A stretch of 32,000 bases of DNA. Origin: Candidatus Saccharimonadota bacterium (lineage in GTDB: Bacteria > Patescibacteriota > Saccharimonadia > Saccharimonadales > Saccharimonadaceae). The DNA lies in the NCBI RefSeq assembly GCF_025273655.1, contig NZ_CP045921.1, positions 510,001 to 542,000 on the forward strand, written 5' to 3'. This document shows positions 23,532 to 32,000 of the stretch, piece by piece; positions within the stretch are counted from its first letter, which is position 1, and each line of letters begins with the position of its first letter. The notes under the pieces are model-generated. The model did not search any database. It saw nothing but the letters and a program-made list of their open reading frames with translations, and was not told the DNA's origin. Both the position numbers and the translations under genes were made by a program.

Positions 23532-25484
23532 GTGACGCGACCTATCGTACTGAGCAACGGCGAGCTTCATGTTGGCATCAATAATTTTGGTTTGGTGCAT
23601 GATTTCTATTTTCCCTACGTCGGACTAGAAAACCATGCCGCAGGCAAAGACCTCAGGCATCATGTTGGTGTGTGGGTGGACGGTCAAATCAGCTGGCTCG
23701 ATATTCATGCGTCGGATTGGCATGTAGAGTTTTCGTACCCGCACCGTGGGCTTGTTGGCCATATGGTGGCGGTCAACGAAGCACTCGGCATCATCTTGGA
23801 GTTTGACGACACCGTCGATGCGCATATGAACGCGTTTCTTCGCAATATTCATGTTGTCAACATGCGCGAGTACGAGCGTGAGGTACGACTTTTTACTCAC
23901 CAGGCTTTTGCAATTGGTGACTCAAGGAGTAACACAGACACCGCCCAGTACTTGCCCGACAGCGACGCGATATTACACTACCGAGGTAATCGAGTATTTG
24001 TCGTATCGGGCAATTATCACAATGCGCCGTTTGACCAATACACTGTCGGTATCTTCGGCATAGAGGGAAAAGAAGGTACCTATCGTGATGCCGATGATGG
24101 CGAATTGAGTATGAGCAATGTCGAGCATGGGCGTGTGGATAGCACACTGCGCTTCACTCTGCAGCTGGCACCCCATGACTCCGGACGTGTGCACTACTGG
24201 ATTGCGGCTGGCACCTCACTTCGTGATGCACTCCATATCAACAAGCAGATCCAGAAACAGGGTGTCGGGCATTATATGCACAGTACACTTCACTGGTGGC
24301 ACACCTGGCTCGAGCCAACAGAACGCGTGCTTGATCGCATGGATGAACGCTACCGTGACAATTTTCGTCATAGTGTGATGATCATCAAATCGCAAATCGA
24401 CAAACGCGGTGCCGTGATTGCCAGCACAGACTCCGCCATGCTTAACTACTGGCGCGATGCCTATGCTTACTGCTGGCCGCGCGATGGAGCCTACGTGCTA
24501 TGGCCGTTAATTCGCTTGGGCTACACAGAAGAGCCGCTCAAGTTTTTTGAATTTTGTCGACGTGTCATGCACCCCTCCGGATATCTCATGCACAAGTTTC
24601 GCGCAGATGGCGCACTTGGCTCCAGCTGGCACCCGTATGTCCACGACGGGCTTGTCGCGCCACCTATTCAGGAAGATGAGACGGCACTTGTCCTATTTGT
24701 GTTTGCACAGTACTATGGCATGCACAAAGATCAGCGCCTCCTCGATGATTTTTATGAAGAGATGATCAAACCAATGGCGCTGTTTCTCGCAGAGCATATC
24801 GACGAGGCAACAGGCCTGCCAAAGCCCAGCTATGATCTCTGGGAAGAAGTGTTTCTCACTACCACTTACACCACTTCGGTCGTATATGCTGCACTGCTTG
24901 CGGCTGGTGATCTTGCCGAAGCTGCTGGTGATCACAACAACGCCGTCGCGTGGCGGCTAGCGGCGGATGATATCTACGACGCTGCACACAAACACCTGTA
25001 CAACAGTCAGCGAAAATCGTTTTACAAAGGACTGTTGGCACGAGACGGCGAAATTACCTACGACGAACGCATCGACACTTCCAGTGTGTTTGGCGCATTT
25101 ATGTTTGGCCTCTTTCCTATCCGTGAGCTTGAGCTGCAAACAGCACTGCAGAGCTTGCTCAAAGTCTTCCCTACTCACGAAGGTGCCTACGGATTGCCCC
25201 GTTACGAAAACGATACATATCTACGCACAAATGACACATTGCCTGGCAACTGGTGGCACATTGCGTCGCTTTGGCTAGCACAGTACTGTATCGAAACCGG
25301 TGACAGTGAGACTGCGACAAAAATTATCGACTGGGTGCAGCAATACGCTGGTCCGACAGGTGTATTGTCTGAACAACTCGATCCGCACACTGGAGAATCA
25401 CTGTCGGTTGCCCCACTGACATGGAGCCATGCAGAGTTCGTCGCTACATTGCTCGATATGATCACAGAGCCGGAGGCTCACTAA
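23532..25484 (+). CDS. glycoside hydrolase family 15 (glucoamylase/glucodextranase-like)
   Basis: GH15 catalytic-domain motifs YCWPRDGAYV, SYDLWEEV, VLSEQLDPHTGESLSVAPLTWSHAEF. GTG start lies 3 nt after the GH57 stop. Confidence 0.88.
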   Translation: MTRPIVLSNGELHVGINNFGLVHDFYFPYVGLENHAAGKDLRHHVGVWVDGQISWLDIHASDWHVEFSYPHRGLVGHMVAVNEALGIILEFDDTVDAHMNAFLRNIHVVNMREYEREVRLFTHQAFAIGDSRSNTDTAQYLPDSDAILHYRGNRVFVVSGNYHNAPFDQYTVGIFGIEGKEGTYRDADDGELSMSNVEHGRVDSTLRFTLQLAPHDSGRVHYWIAAGTSLRDALHINKQIQKQGVGHYMHSTLHWWHTWLEPTERVLDRMDERYRDNFRHSVMIIKSQIDKRGAVIASTDSAMLNYWRDAYAYCWPRDGAYVLWPLIRLGYTEEPLKFFEFCRRVMHPSGYLMHKFRADGALGSSWHPYVHDGLVAPPIQEDETALVLFVFAQYYGMHKDQRLLDDFYEEMIKPMALFLAEHIDEATGLPKPSYDLWEEVFLTTTYTTSVVYAALLAAGDLAEAAGDHNNAVAWRLAADDIYDAAHKHLYNSQRKSFYKGLLARDGEITYDERIDTSSVFGAFMFGLFPIRELELQTALQSLLKVFPTHEGAYGLPRYENDTYLRTNDTLPGNWWHIASLWLAQYCIETGDSETATKIIDWVQQYAGPTGVLSEQLDPHTGESLSVAPLTWSHAEFVATLLDMITEPEAH

Positions 25485-25485
25485 T

Positions 25486-26124
25486 ATGCTCGGCTCATCG
25501 CTCATAGCACTTACCCCTAGTGACCGTGTCACCCAAAGTTTCAAGCATTTTGCCAAACACGCCGGTGTCATGTATATGGGCGGTGTCAAGCAACATAGTG
25601 TCGAGTATCATCTCGTGCGCGGATTTACGGCATCGCACACACACAAAGACACAGATCACTGCATCGGCACATTTCTTCATCACGACTTCATTGCGCTACA
25701 TCGCACTACTGCCCATGGTCGTGTCGTTATCACTGAGGTCGACCTTCATACGCTTCATCCGTTTAGTCATTTCTTTGTGCTGCCAAATCTTCTCGATAAG
25801 GCTTGGTTTGAGGCGATTTTGCAGCTTTATCCTCACCACCGACAAGCTCCGTATGCACCGCACGATCACTTTAGTGCCCGGTTCAAAGACGAACATACTA
25901 TTCTGTCACTTCCGACACATTTCGAGAGATCACTTCATTTTGCCAGCGATGAAGTTGCTGGGTGTATAGAAAACTTCCATAGCGAGCGCTACATGTTCGA
26001 AGTAAGCGATAAGAGTCTGTTTGTCTACAATTTTTCGCAGCATGAGCCTACGGAAAAAACACTTGAACTCCAGGTTCGCTTCGCCTGCACACTCGCTACG
26101 GCACTCGAGACGCGCAACAAATAA
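25486..26124 (+). CDS. hypothetical His-rich protein (23 His in 212 aa)
   Basis: ATG lies 1 nt after the GH15 stop, so the two are tightly coupled. No recognisable domain. Confidence 0.5.
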   Translation: MLGSSLIALTPSDRVTQSFKHFAKHAGVMYMGGVKQHSVEYHLVRGFTASHTHKDTDHCIGTFLHHDFIALHRTTAHGRVVITEVDLHTLHPFSHFFVLPNLLDKAWFEAILQLYPHHRQAPYAPHDHFSARFKDEHTILSLPTHFERSLHFASDEVAGCIENFHSERYMFEVSDKSLFVYNFSQHEPTEKTLELQVRFACTLATALETRNK

Positions 26125-26154
26125 CCTCCAGCGACTGCCGGAGGCTATTTGTTG
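26125..26154. terminator. bidirectional stem-loop between the His-rich gene and rpmG
   Basis: CCTCCAGC-GACT-GCCGGAGG (8 bp including one G-U), flanked by T-rich tails on both strands. Confidence 0.55.
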
Positions 26155-26155
26155 A

Positions 26156-26362
26156 TTAGCTTTTACGCTTCTTGACTTCGTTGCGTCCGAGGTTTTTCTT
26201 GGTCTCGGTGTACGTTGCGTGCTTGCGTGCAACTGGGTCGTATTTACGCAGGACGAGTTTGTCTGGGGTATTCTGGGTGTTTTTGACCGTGTAGTATGTG
26301 CGGTGACCAGACAAGTCACTCACCAGGCCGATAAGCTTGCGCTTCGTATTCTTCTTTGCCAC
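26156..26362 (-). CDS. rpmG: 50S ribosomal protein L33 (Cys-less form, C-terminal Lys-rich tail)
   Basis: [55 protein letters not shown] matches the L33 pattern. GTG start with AAGGAAG RBS. Confidence 0.85.
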   Translation of the reverse strand: MAKKNTKRKLIGLVSDLSGHRTYYTVKNTQNTPDKLVLRKYDPVARKHATYTETKKNLGRNEVKKRKS

Positions 26363-26458
26363 TTCAACTTCCTTATTAGATTGCCGGGTTCTCGGCTTTT
26401 ATAAGACTTTCAATACTCGATTATAGCAAAAACACTACAGATACGCAAGGGGTACGCG

Positions 26459-26953
26459 CTAGCGGAAATTGACAAATTGCAGTGGCGCATCGATGTCGAG
26501 TGCTCGCACATGAGACATGACAGCTTGCAACTCGTCTTTACTGGCACTCGTCACACGCAGTTCGTCGCCTTGTATCACCGGCTTAGCTTTTTTGAACTCA
26601 TCTCGAATCGCTTTAGCGATGAGTTTGGCATTGTCCTGGCTCAAACCCTTTTTGAAAGGTATTTCTTTGGTGGCTTTGAGGTTTGACTCTACTACTTCTT
26701 TGCTAAGATCGAGGACTTTGCTACTTATTTCTCTGCTGGCGAGTTTTTTGCGCACGATGTCGAGTACTGCATCGACTTGCCACTCGCCCGCACCGATGAG
26801 CTTAAACCCGGTCTTATCGCCAAGCCATTCTAACCCAGCGGGAGTACCCTTGAAGTCATAGCGACCAGCAATCTCTTTCTCGGCTTGCATGTAGACGTTG
26901 TTCATCTCTGCTTTGTCGTAATCAGACACGATATCAAAACTAAATGTTGGCAT
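26459..26953 (-). CDS. yajQ: YajQ-family nucleotide-binding protein (UPF0234)
   Basis: MPTFSFDIVSDYDKAEMNNVYMQAEKEIAGRYDFKG is the typical YajQ N-terminus; 164 aa. Extended -10 TGATATACT lies 6 nt upstream of the ATG. Confidence 0.9.
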   Translation of the reverse strand: MPTFSFDIVSDYDKAEMNNVYMQAEKEIAGRYDFKGTPAGLEWLGDKTGFKLIGAGEWQVDAVLDIVRKKLASREISSKVLDLSKEVVESNLKATKEIPFKKGLSQDNAKLIAKAIRDEFKKAKPVIQGDELRVTSASKDELQAVMSHVRALDIDAPLQFVNFR

Positions 26954-27016
26954 ATACTTAGTATATCACCTCTAGAAATATCATACATCTTGTGCTAAGA
27001 TAATATGGATTTATAG

Positions 27017-27091
<75 letters not shown>

Positions 27092-27102
27092 GATGTATCT
27101 TT

Positions 27103-27129
27103 CACCCTGTCCTGCACGGGGTGTTTTTT
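27103..27129 (+). terminator. rho-independent terminator after tRNA-Thr(GGU)
   Basis: CACCC...GGGTG stem followed by TTTTTTG. Confidence 0.65.
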
Positions 27130-27164
27130 GTATTTGAACTAGCGTACTATAGAAAGACACTGGT

Positions 27165-28268
27165 ATGAATACACACACTCAAAAAATACTTATCGTCGGG
27201 GCGGGTATCGCCGGACTAGCCTGCGCTATCATGTGCGAAAAGCATGGCCTCGACTATGATCTCATAGAGCGCAGAGGGGTCTCGCATCCACAGGGATACA
27301 GCGTCACACTCCCGCCTGCGGGGCTCGATGCACTCCGTACACTTGGTATCTACGAAAGTATTGCACCACTCAGTTCCTCTGTTGACGGCGTATTACTTGC
27401 CTCAGAAGCGCACGAGGCTACTCGTAGCATCGACTTTGGGCGCAATCGACTCCAGGTGAGGACGGTTCGACGCGCGGACCTTCATGCAGCTCTACTTGCT
27501 GAGCTCACGAAGCCAGTTCGCTACAATACAGCAATAGGCTCATGTCAGGCATCAGAAGATGGCGTGACCGTAGAGCTTACGACAGATAAACAAGCTTCGT
27601 ATCGCCTCGTCGTCGGTGCAGATGGGCTTCATTCACACATACGTACTCTCATGTCCCCTTCTGCACAGGCTTCACCTACGGGAGTGGCTTTTTGGACGTG
27701 CTTCATTCCCGAGCCACTGCATACGCGATTTAGTACAACGCACATAACGCAGTATTGGCAGCATGGTCACTTTGCCGGTATCTTTCCTTTGCCTGGTGGG
27801 GCGAATATCGTGCTCAGTACCCATCTACCTGCTACAATCGACCTTCGAGACATCGACATATCACAGCTTTTTGGCAACATGTCTCCCGATATCGATGCAG
27901 TACTTGCCAATATTGATCGTAACGCAATGTACCAAGGGCACTTACATGAGGTGAAATTGGCGCACTGGCAACGATATCCCTATGTCCTTGTCGGCGATGC
28001 AGCTCATGCAATGATGCCGGCAACAGGCATGGGGTCGACAGCTGGAATTCTAGATGCGATTGCACTCACGGATGCTCTAGTCCGGCATCATGATACCCAT
28101 ACAGCGCTCAAATCGTATGAGGCAAGCCGTGTCGTGTCGTCCAAGCGGGCGCAAACTACATCACGCCTCATCACCGAAGCCATGCTATCAACAGGCATCG
28201 CGGAAACAATCAATCAAAAAGCCGTCCAGTTGCTCCCGGACAGCTTTTTCGTACGTATATTTCGCTAG
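27165..28268 (+). CDS. FAD-dependent aromatic-ring-type monooxygenase (UbiH/salicylate hydroxylase-like)
   Basis: GxGxxG (ILIVGAGIAGLACA), DG motif (VVGADGLHSHIR), and GD motif (LVGDAAHAMMPATGMGSTAGILDA). Confidence 0.85.
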   Translation: MNTHTQKILIVGAGIAGLACAIMCEKHGLDYDLIERRGVSHPQGYSVTLPPAGLDALRTLGIYESIAPLSSSVDGVLLASEAHEATRSIDFGRNRLQVRTVRRADLHAALLAELTKPVRYNTAIGSCQASEDGVTVELTTDKQASYRLVVGADGLHSHIRTLMSPSAQASPTGVAFWTCFIPEPLHTRFSTTHITQYWQHGHFAGIFPLPGGANIVLSTHLPATIDLRDIDISQLFGNMSPDIDAVLANIDRNAMYQGHLHEVKLAHWQRYPYVLVGDAAHAMMPATGMGSTAGILDAIALTDALVRHHDTHTALKSYEASRVVSSKRAQTTSRLITEAMLSTGIAETINQKAVQLLPDSFFVRIFR

Positions 28269-28272
28269 TCTG

Positions 28273-28563
28273 CTATTTTTTGCGTGGCGTGCGAGTCTGC
28301 TTTTGGGCAGCTCGATGAGCATCGAGCGGGAGCAATATGAACGATTGTAACAATGCCCATGCTACTGCGTTGAGTATAAACACAGCGACACACACAAATG
28401 CTACAAGCAAAATGCGCTGGCCCAGATCATAGTTGATCAATCCCACGATACCGGCTGCCAGTATCAAGATAGCGGCAGAGGCAGCATAACCATGCTGCAG
28501 TTTCTGGCGAGTGTCGTATGACTCGTCCCATCGGAGAAGTGATGTATGAAATGTTTTGGCCAT
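28273..28563 (-). CDS. hypothetical small membrane protein (2 TM helices)
   Basis: 96-aa ORF with two hydrophobic helices and a basic C-terminus. No motif; the only support is the ORF and its hydrophobicity. Confidence 0.4.
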   Translation of the reverse strand: MAKTFHTSLLRWDESYDTRQKLQHGYAASAAILILAAGIVGLINYDLGQRILLVAFVCVAVFILNAVAWALLQSFILLPLDAHRAAQKQTRTPRKK

Positions 28564-28617
28564 ATACTTTTAGTTTAACACTTTTATGTTGTTTAGTCAA
28601 TCATTCCACCTCTAGGC

Positions 28618-28646
28618 TTGAAATATATTGCCAAGTTTTGTATACT
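28618..28646 (+). promoter_or_regulatory. promoter of the tRNA-Thr/tRNA-Tyr pair (TTGAAA-N17-TATACT)
   Basis: Hexamers with a 17-nt spacer, ending 12 nt before the tRNA-Thr 5' end. Confidence 0.55.
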
Positions 28647-28658
28647 TATTCAGGTTAC

Positions 28659-28735
28659 GCCGCTTTAGCTCAGTTGGTTAGAGCAGCTGTTTTGTAAACA
28701 GCAGGTCCTGGGTTCGAGTCCCTGAAGCGGCTCCA
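28659..28735 (+). tRNA. tRNA-Thr (anticodon UGU), CCA encoded
   Basis: Acceptor GCCGCTT/AAGCGGC, anticodon stem GCTGT/ACAGC with loop TTTGTAA, T-arm CTGGG-TTCGAGT-CCCTG (one U-U mismatch); 77 nt. Confidence 0.88.
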
Positions 28736-28778
28736 CGACGAGATGATGATACTTCATCGTTTCGTGTATGGAAACAAT

Positions 28779-28863
28779 GCCGGAATCGTGTAGTGGCAAT
28801 CACAGGAGACTGTAAATCTCCCGCCTTTCGGCTTCGTAGGTTCGAGTCCTACTTCCGGCACCA
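28779..28863 (+). tRNA. tRNA-Tyr (anticodon GUA), class II long variable arm, CCA encoded
   Basis: Acceptor GCCGGAA/TTCCGGC, anticodon stem GGAGA/TCTCC with loop CTGTAAA, long variable arm, T-arm GTAGG-TTCGAGT-CCTAC; 85 nt. Confidence 0.93.
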
Positions 28864-28901
28864 AGTTTAAGCCCTGCCCTTGCGGCGGGGTTTAAACTTG
28901 G
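28861..28901. other. 18-bp hairpin beginning at the CCA end of tRNA-Tyr
   Basis: CCAAGTTTAAGCCCTGCC-CTTGC-GGCGGGGTTTAAACTTGG (18 bp including 2 G-U). No U-tract. Sits between convergent tRNA-Tyr and the CYTH gene. Confidence 0.7.
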
Positions 28902-29057
28902 TAGCGCAAAGTCACGAGAACCTACGAAACTTTTGCAGAACAAAAGACGTAGAGTTCGGCGCAGAGAGCGAAGCCAAAGAAAGCGCGAAGCATTTTCTTT
29001 AGCGAGTGAACAAAGGAGCGAAACGAAGTGGAGTGATGCCCTACTTCCCTCAGTTTT

Positions 29058-29591
29058 TTACAAATGACTCGCTACTCTATAGCCCTCATAACTTCTGTCT
29101 CCTGCCGCTACCTCCTCAAGCTGCGCCGGAAATTTGTCAGGTTCGAACATAGCACGCAACTCTTCTGTCTCGGTGTCTACTTCTAGAACCCTCAATTCGC
29201 TACCTACGAACTCATCGTAATTCACTTTAAAGACGACATTCCCTTGAGTATAGTTGAACGAATATCGATTTTTCTCAACTCGTAGCTGGGACGATTTCAG
29301 CAGCGAATCATATTCATTTTGTATCAAAGGTCTTTTCTCAGAGCTCCTTTTGCCACTCTCTGTCGTCTTGGCAATCAAGAGCATTTGAATTGTCCCGTCA
29401 TCATAAACCTTACGGACGATTTTCTTTTCGGTGTTCTCATCAGTCTCAATCCAATCAGTTGGGAAATTGCATCGCACAATATCGTTACCATCAAGAATTG
29501 TACTATCTAGATTATGCACGATAAATTTACGAGCGTCATCAGGCGCGCGTTCCACTTCTTGCTTACTTTGAGATAAAGATACATGTGTCAT
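29058..29591 (-). CDS. CYTH-like domain protein (putative triphosphate tunnel metalloenzyme)
   Basis: N-terminal EVER...ARKFIV resembles the ExExK-type start. C-terminal LRVLEVDTETEE...FEPDKFP..EEVAAGDRSYEGYRVA resembles the CYTH C-terminus. TATAGT lies 6 nt upstream of the ATG. Confidence 0.5.
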   Translation of the reverse strand: MTHVSLSQSKQEVERAPDDARKFIVHNLDSTILDGNDIVRCNFPTDWIETDENTEKKIVRKVYDDGTIQMLLIAKTTESGKRSSEKRPLIQNEYDSLLKSSQLRVEKNRYSFNYTQGNVVFKVNYDEFVGSELRVLEVDTETEELRAMFEPDKFPAQLEEVAAGDRSYEGYRVASHL

Positions 29592-29621
29592 ATCGGTACT
29601 ATAGCACGTGGATTGCGCACT

Positions 29622-30290
29622 CTACATGACCACTTTGCGTGGTTGCTTGACAGTCTTCGTCACGCCAACAGGAGCTTTTGGCGCCAGGAGTACTTTCATC
29701 TCTTCACGGGCGAGATCGGCTTGTTCTTGATTGCCATCTCGCTCGTAGGCATCTGCCAGGATACGAAGCGACTGGGGATTTTTGTGTCCATCGAGCTCTA
29801 CGGCGAGCTGTAGTGACTCAATCACTTTCTTTTTGTGACCTAGCTTTTCTTGTACCTTGGCATAGGCAATGTGACGCGACGGCACGCCCTCTTCCATGGC
29901 TATTGCTTGTTCAAACGCAAGTGCTGCCTTGTCGTACTTCTCTGTCTCGAAATAAATCAGTCCGACATTGTGCAGACTCGACGCACTTGGCTCCAGACTC
30001 TGCGCAATCTCGAAGCACTCGATAGCATCGGGAAATGCCTGCTGCTTGGCATAGAGAATGCCAAGACGGTTGTACGCGGTAGCATTGCGTTCATCGACGC
30101 GGAGAATAGTCAGTAGCGCCTTCTCGGCACGAAGATACTTTTTGTCGCGAAGCGATTCTTGGGCGATATCCCAGAGGCGATCAAGTTTGTCGGCAAATTT
30201 GAGCTTTGTCTCAGAAGCCACTTCGTGAATCGTCTGGCGATGAAACACCACGGCGATACCTATAATTACTAGCAGGAGTAATCCAAACAT
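29622..30290 (-). CDS. membrane-anchored TPR repeat protein
   Basis: N-terminal TM helix (FGLLLLVIIGIAVVF) followed by several TPR-like repeats (AYNRLGILYAKQQAFPDAIECFEIAQSLEP...). Confidence 0.8.
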   Translation of the reverse strand: MFGLLLLVIIGIAVVFHRQTIHEVASETKLKFADKLDRLWDIAQESLRDKKYLRAEKALLTILRVDERNATAYNRLGILYAKQQAFPDAIECFEIAQSLEPSASSLHNVGLIYFETEKYDKAALAFEQAIAMEEGVPSRHIAYAKVQEKLGHKKKVIESLQLAVELDGHKNPQSLRILADAYERDGNQEQADLAREEMKVLLAPKAPVGVTKTVKQPRKVVM

Positions 30291-30299
30291 TACAATTTA

Positions 30300-31049
30300 T
30301 TATACCACAGCCCGGAGGAGCTGCAGTTTGATGTTGCCGTTTTGCTTGATGGCAATCTCTGCAGCCAGCAGCTTCTCGGTTTCGTCGCGAAGCTTCGGTG
30401 TAAATCGTGACTTCATGAGTGTTGTATATGTCACCAAACAGGCGTCGATAAACTGCAGCGCCTCATCACGCTTGTCACTCGTCTGTTTGATAACAACCAG
30501 GCGATCATATGCAGAACCCCCTACGTAGCGTTTCGCAAACTCAAACAGCTTACTGCGCCGTGCGAAATATCGCTCATCGCGCGCCAGTCTGGCTTCTTCG
30601 GACGCTATGCCGCCCGCCATGAAGCGGATGCGCGCTGCTTTGTCATCTGGCAACTGCACCGACTGATCACTTACAACCGTCGCACGTTGACAGCGTGAGC
30701 GAATCGTCTCAAGCAATACGTCTGGTGAGTACGTCTCGAGTATGAAGTGAAGATCGGGTCGCGGCTCTTCGAGCAATTTCAGTAGTGCGTTTTGCGACTG
30801 AACGGTCATGGCTGCGGCGTCGCGAAGTATCACGACCGTGCGTATGTGTGGCTTGGCCGAGCGTACAGCTTGCTGTAGGGCGCGGATGTCATCGATATAA
30901 ATACCGGTACTTGTCTTGGATGTGTTAGGGTGCTCGTCAATACGGAGCACTTCGTCGGTTGGCTGCTGCCGCATGCTGTAGTATGCGCCAAGATCTTCGC
31001 CTGGAGTGCCACTGACTATCATAGCCTGCGGCAGCTCGGCCCCGCTCAT
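30300..31049 (-). CDS. holB: DNA polymerase III delta-prime subunit-like protein
   Basis: NALLKLLEEPRPDLHFIL and TIRSRCQ motifs. The P-loop is degenerate (GTPGEDLG). ATG overlaps the rluD stop by 4 nt. Confidence 0.8.
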   Translation of the reverse strand: MSGAELPQAMIVSGTPGEDLGAYYSMRQQPTDEVLRIDEHPNTSKTSTGIYIDDIRALQQAVRSAKPHIRTVVILRDAAAMTVQSQNALLKLLEEPRPDLHFILETYSPDVLLETIRSRCQRATVVSDQSVQLPDDKAARIRFMAGGIASEEARLARDERYFARRSKLFEFAKRYVGGSAYDRLVVIKQTSDKRDEALQFIDACLVTYTTLMKSRFTPKLRDETEKLLAAEIAIKQNGNIKLQLLRAVV

Positions 31050-31996
31050 GCCAATGCCTCACGAAACTCCGGTGGTATAGGCGCTTCAAACACTTTGCGT
31101 ACCCCACCTGGAAGTGTAACTTCAAGCTTGTAGGCGTGCAGGTACATGCGGTCTGCCGATTCTTCGCCATAGACTTTGTCGCCTACGATAGGTGTACCAA
31201 GATATGCCATGTGCACACGTAGCTGGTGGGTGCGGCCGGTACGGGGCCTCAGCGCCACTAGCGAACGTGGAGCGCCAGACTCTAATACTTCGTACACCGT
31301 TTCGGCCGATTTGCCGCCAGCGTCGACTCTAAAAGTACTTGGTGCATTGGGGTTACGGCCTATAGGCAAGTCGATCTTGGCCTTGAGTTGCTCCGGTGTG
31401 CCGCTTACGACGGCCACGTATTCTTTTTTCGTAGTGCGATTGGTAAATTGTTTGCCGATAAGCGCCGCAGTCTCGTCGTTTTTCACCATCAGTAGCACGC
31501 CGCTTGTGTCGCGGTCGAGCCGATGAACGATACCCGGACGGTTTGTGTCTGCTTTGTAGCTTGTCTTAGGCTTCACGAAGTCGGCAGCGGTAAATTCTTC
31601 CACCATAGCGCCCTTGGCGTGTGTCAGCAGTCCAACGGGCTTATTGATAACAAGCACATTGTCATCTTCGTAGAGCACCGCTATATCTGGTGTCTCATAC
31701 GCTACATCTAGTGTTTCTAGCGTAATCACATCGGTTGCTTTTACGGCATGTTTGGCAGACGTGTGTACTTCGCCGTTGACCAGCACTTCGCCGCGGGCGA
31801 TGCGCTTCTGATACGTGCTGCGCGACTCGTCCCCAAATTGCTCTACGAGCGCTTGGTCGAGGCGCTTGGTCTGCGGCGCATCGCGGAGCAAATAGACTTC
31901 TTTGGCGCGGTATGGCAATGCATAGGTGGTGAGGCCTGTGTCGCCTGGGAGGGCGATGAGTTCATAGTGATGTACCACCCCGGACTCTTCCACCAT
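31046..31996 (-). CDS. rluD: RluA/RluD-family 23S rRNA pseudouridine synthase with S4 domain
   Basis: Catalytic motif HRLDRDTSGVLL and an S4-like N-terminus (RLDQALVEQF...GEVLVNGE). The start ATG at 31996 is 4 nt from the window edge, so the true start could lie upstream. Confidence 0.88.
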   Translation of the reverse strand: MVEESGVVHHYELIALPGDTGLTTYALPYRAKEVYLLRDAPQTKRLDQALVEQFGDESRSTYQKRIARGEVLVNGEVHTSAKHAVKATDVITLETLDVAYETPDIAVLYEDDNVLVINKPVGLLTHAKGAMVEEFTAADFVKPKTSYKADTNRPGIVHRLDRDTSGVLLMVKNDETAALIGKQFTNRTTKKEYVAVVSGTPEQLKAKIDLPIGRNPNAPSTFRVDAGGKSAETVYEVLESGAPRSLVALRPRTGRTHQLRVHMAYLGTPIVGDKVYGEESADRMYLHAYKLEVTLPGGVRKVFEAPIPPEFREALA

Positions 31997-32000
31997 GTCG

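Noticed and set aside
25930-26319. 129-aa minus-strand ORF overlapping both the His-rich gene and rpmG, plus the alternative-frame ORF 25520-25969
   Set aside because: Its frame conflicts with the recognisable L33 frame and it crosses a bidirectional terminator. The alternative-frame ORF has no support beyond its length.

Overview
The window is a gene-dense bacterial chromosomal segment on the standard genetic code (TGA acts as a stop at 374-376 and 22333-22335). By hand count most of it is roughly 40-55% GC. The gene content, small proteins and tight packing look Patescibacteria/Saccharibacteria-like, but that is inference and I cannot confirm it without a database search.

Recognisable content:
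- A tmk-dcd-thyX deoxynucleotide cluster.
- Scattered pieces of the conserved tRNA / rpmG / secE-nusG-rplK-rplA super-operon.
- Four tRNAs: Trp-CCA, Thr-GGU, Thr-UGU and Tyr-GUA.
- cdsA, and a secreted LysM-Rpf muralytic protein.
- A GT2 glycosyltransferase and an orphan histidine kinase operon.
- MscS, an NDH-2-like oxidoreductase and a DsbA-like protein.
- An alpha-glucan cluster (glycogen-synthase-like GT, GH57, GH15) with a His-rich unknown protein.
- yajQ, an FAD monooxygenase, a CYTH protein, a TPR protein, holB and rluD.

Most interesting signal: a ~2 kb islet directly downstream of tRNA-Trp (14648-16650). It is bounded on the far side by a degenerate copy of the tRNA-Trp 3' end. It holds a stand-alone ASCH gene of native composition and a strongly GC-rich (sampled lines 62-67% GC, GC3-rich) GNAT-GNAT-ASCH fusion gene. 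That gene looks horizontally acquired from a high-GC, possibly actinobacterial, donor.

Other notable points:
- At least 11 genes have a -10-like hexamer 6-9 nt upstream of the start codon, suggesting leaderless transcripts.
- An accessory block separates rplK from rplA.
- L1 carries an N-terminal extension of about 100 aa.
- tRNA-Tyr-derived fragments and an 18-bp hairpin lie downstream of tRNA-Tyr.

I found no CRISPR array, integrase, transposase, reverse transcriptase or rRNA.
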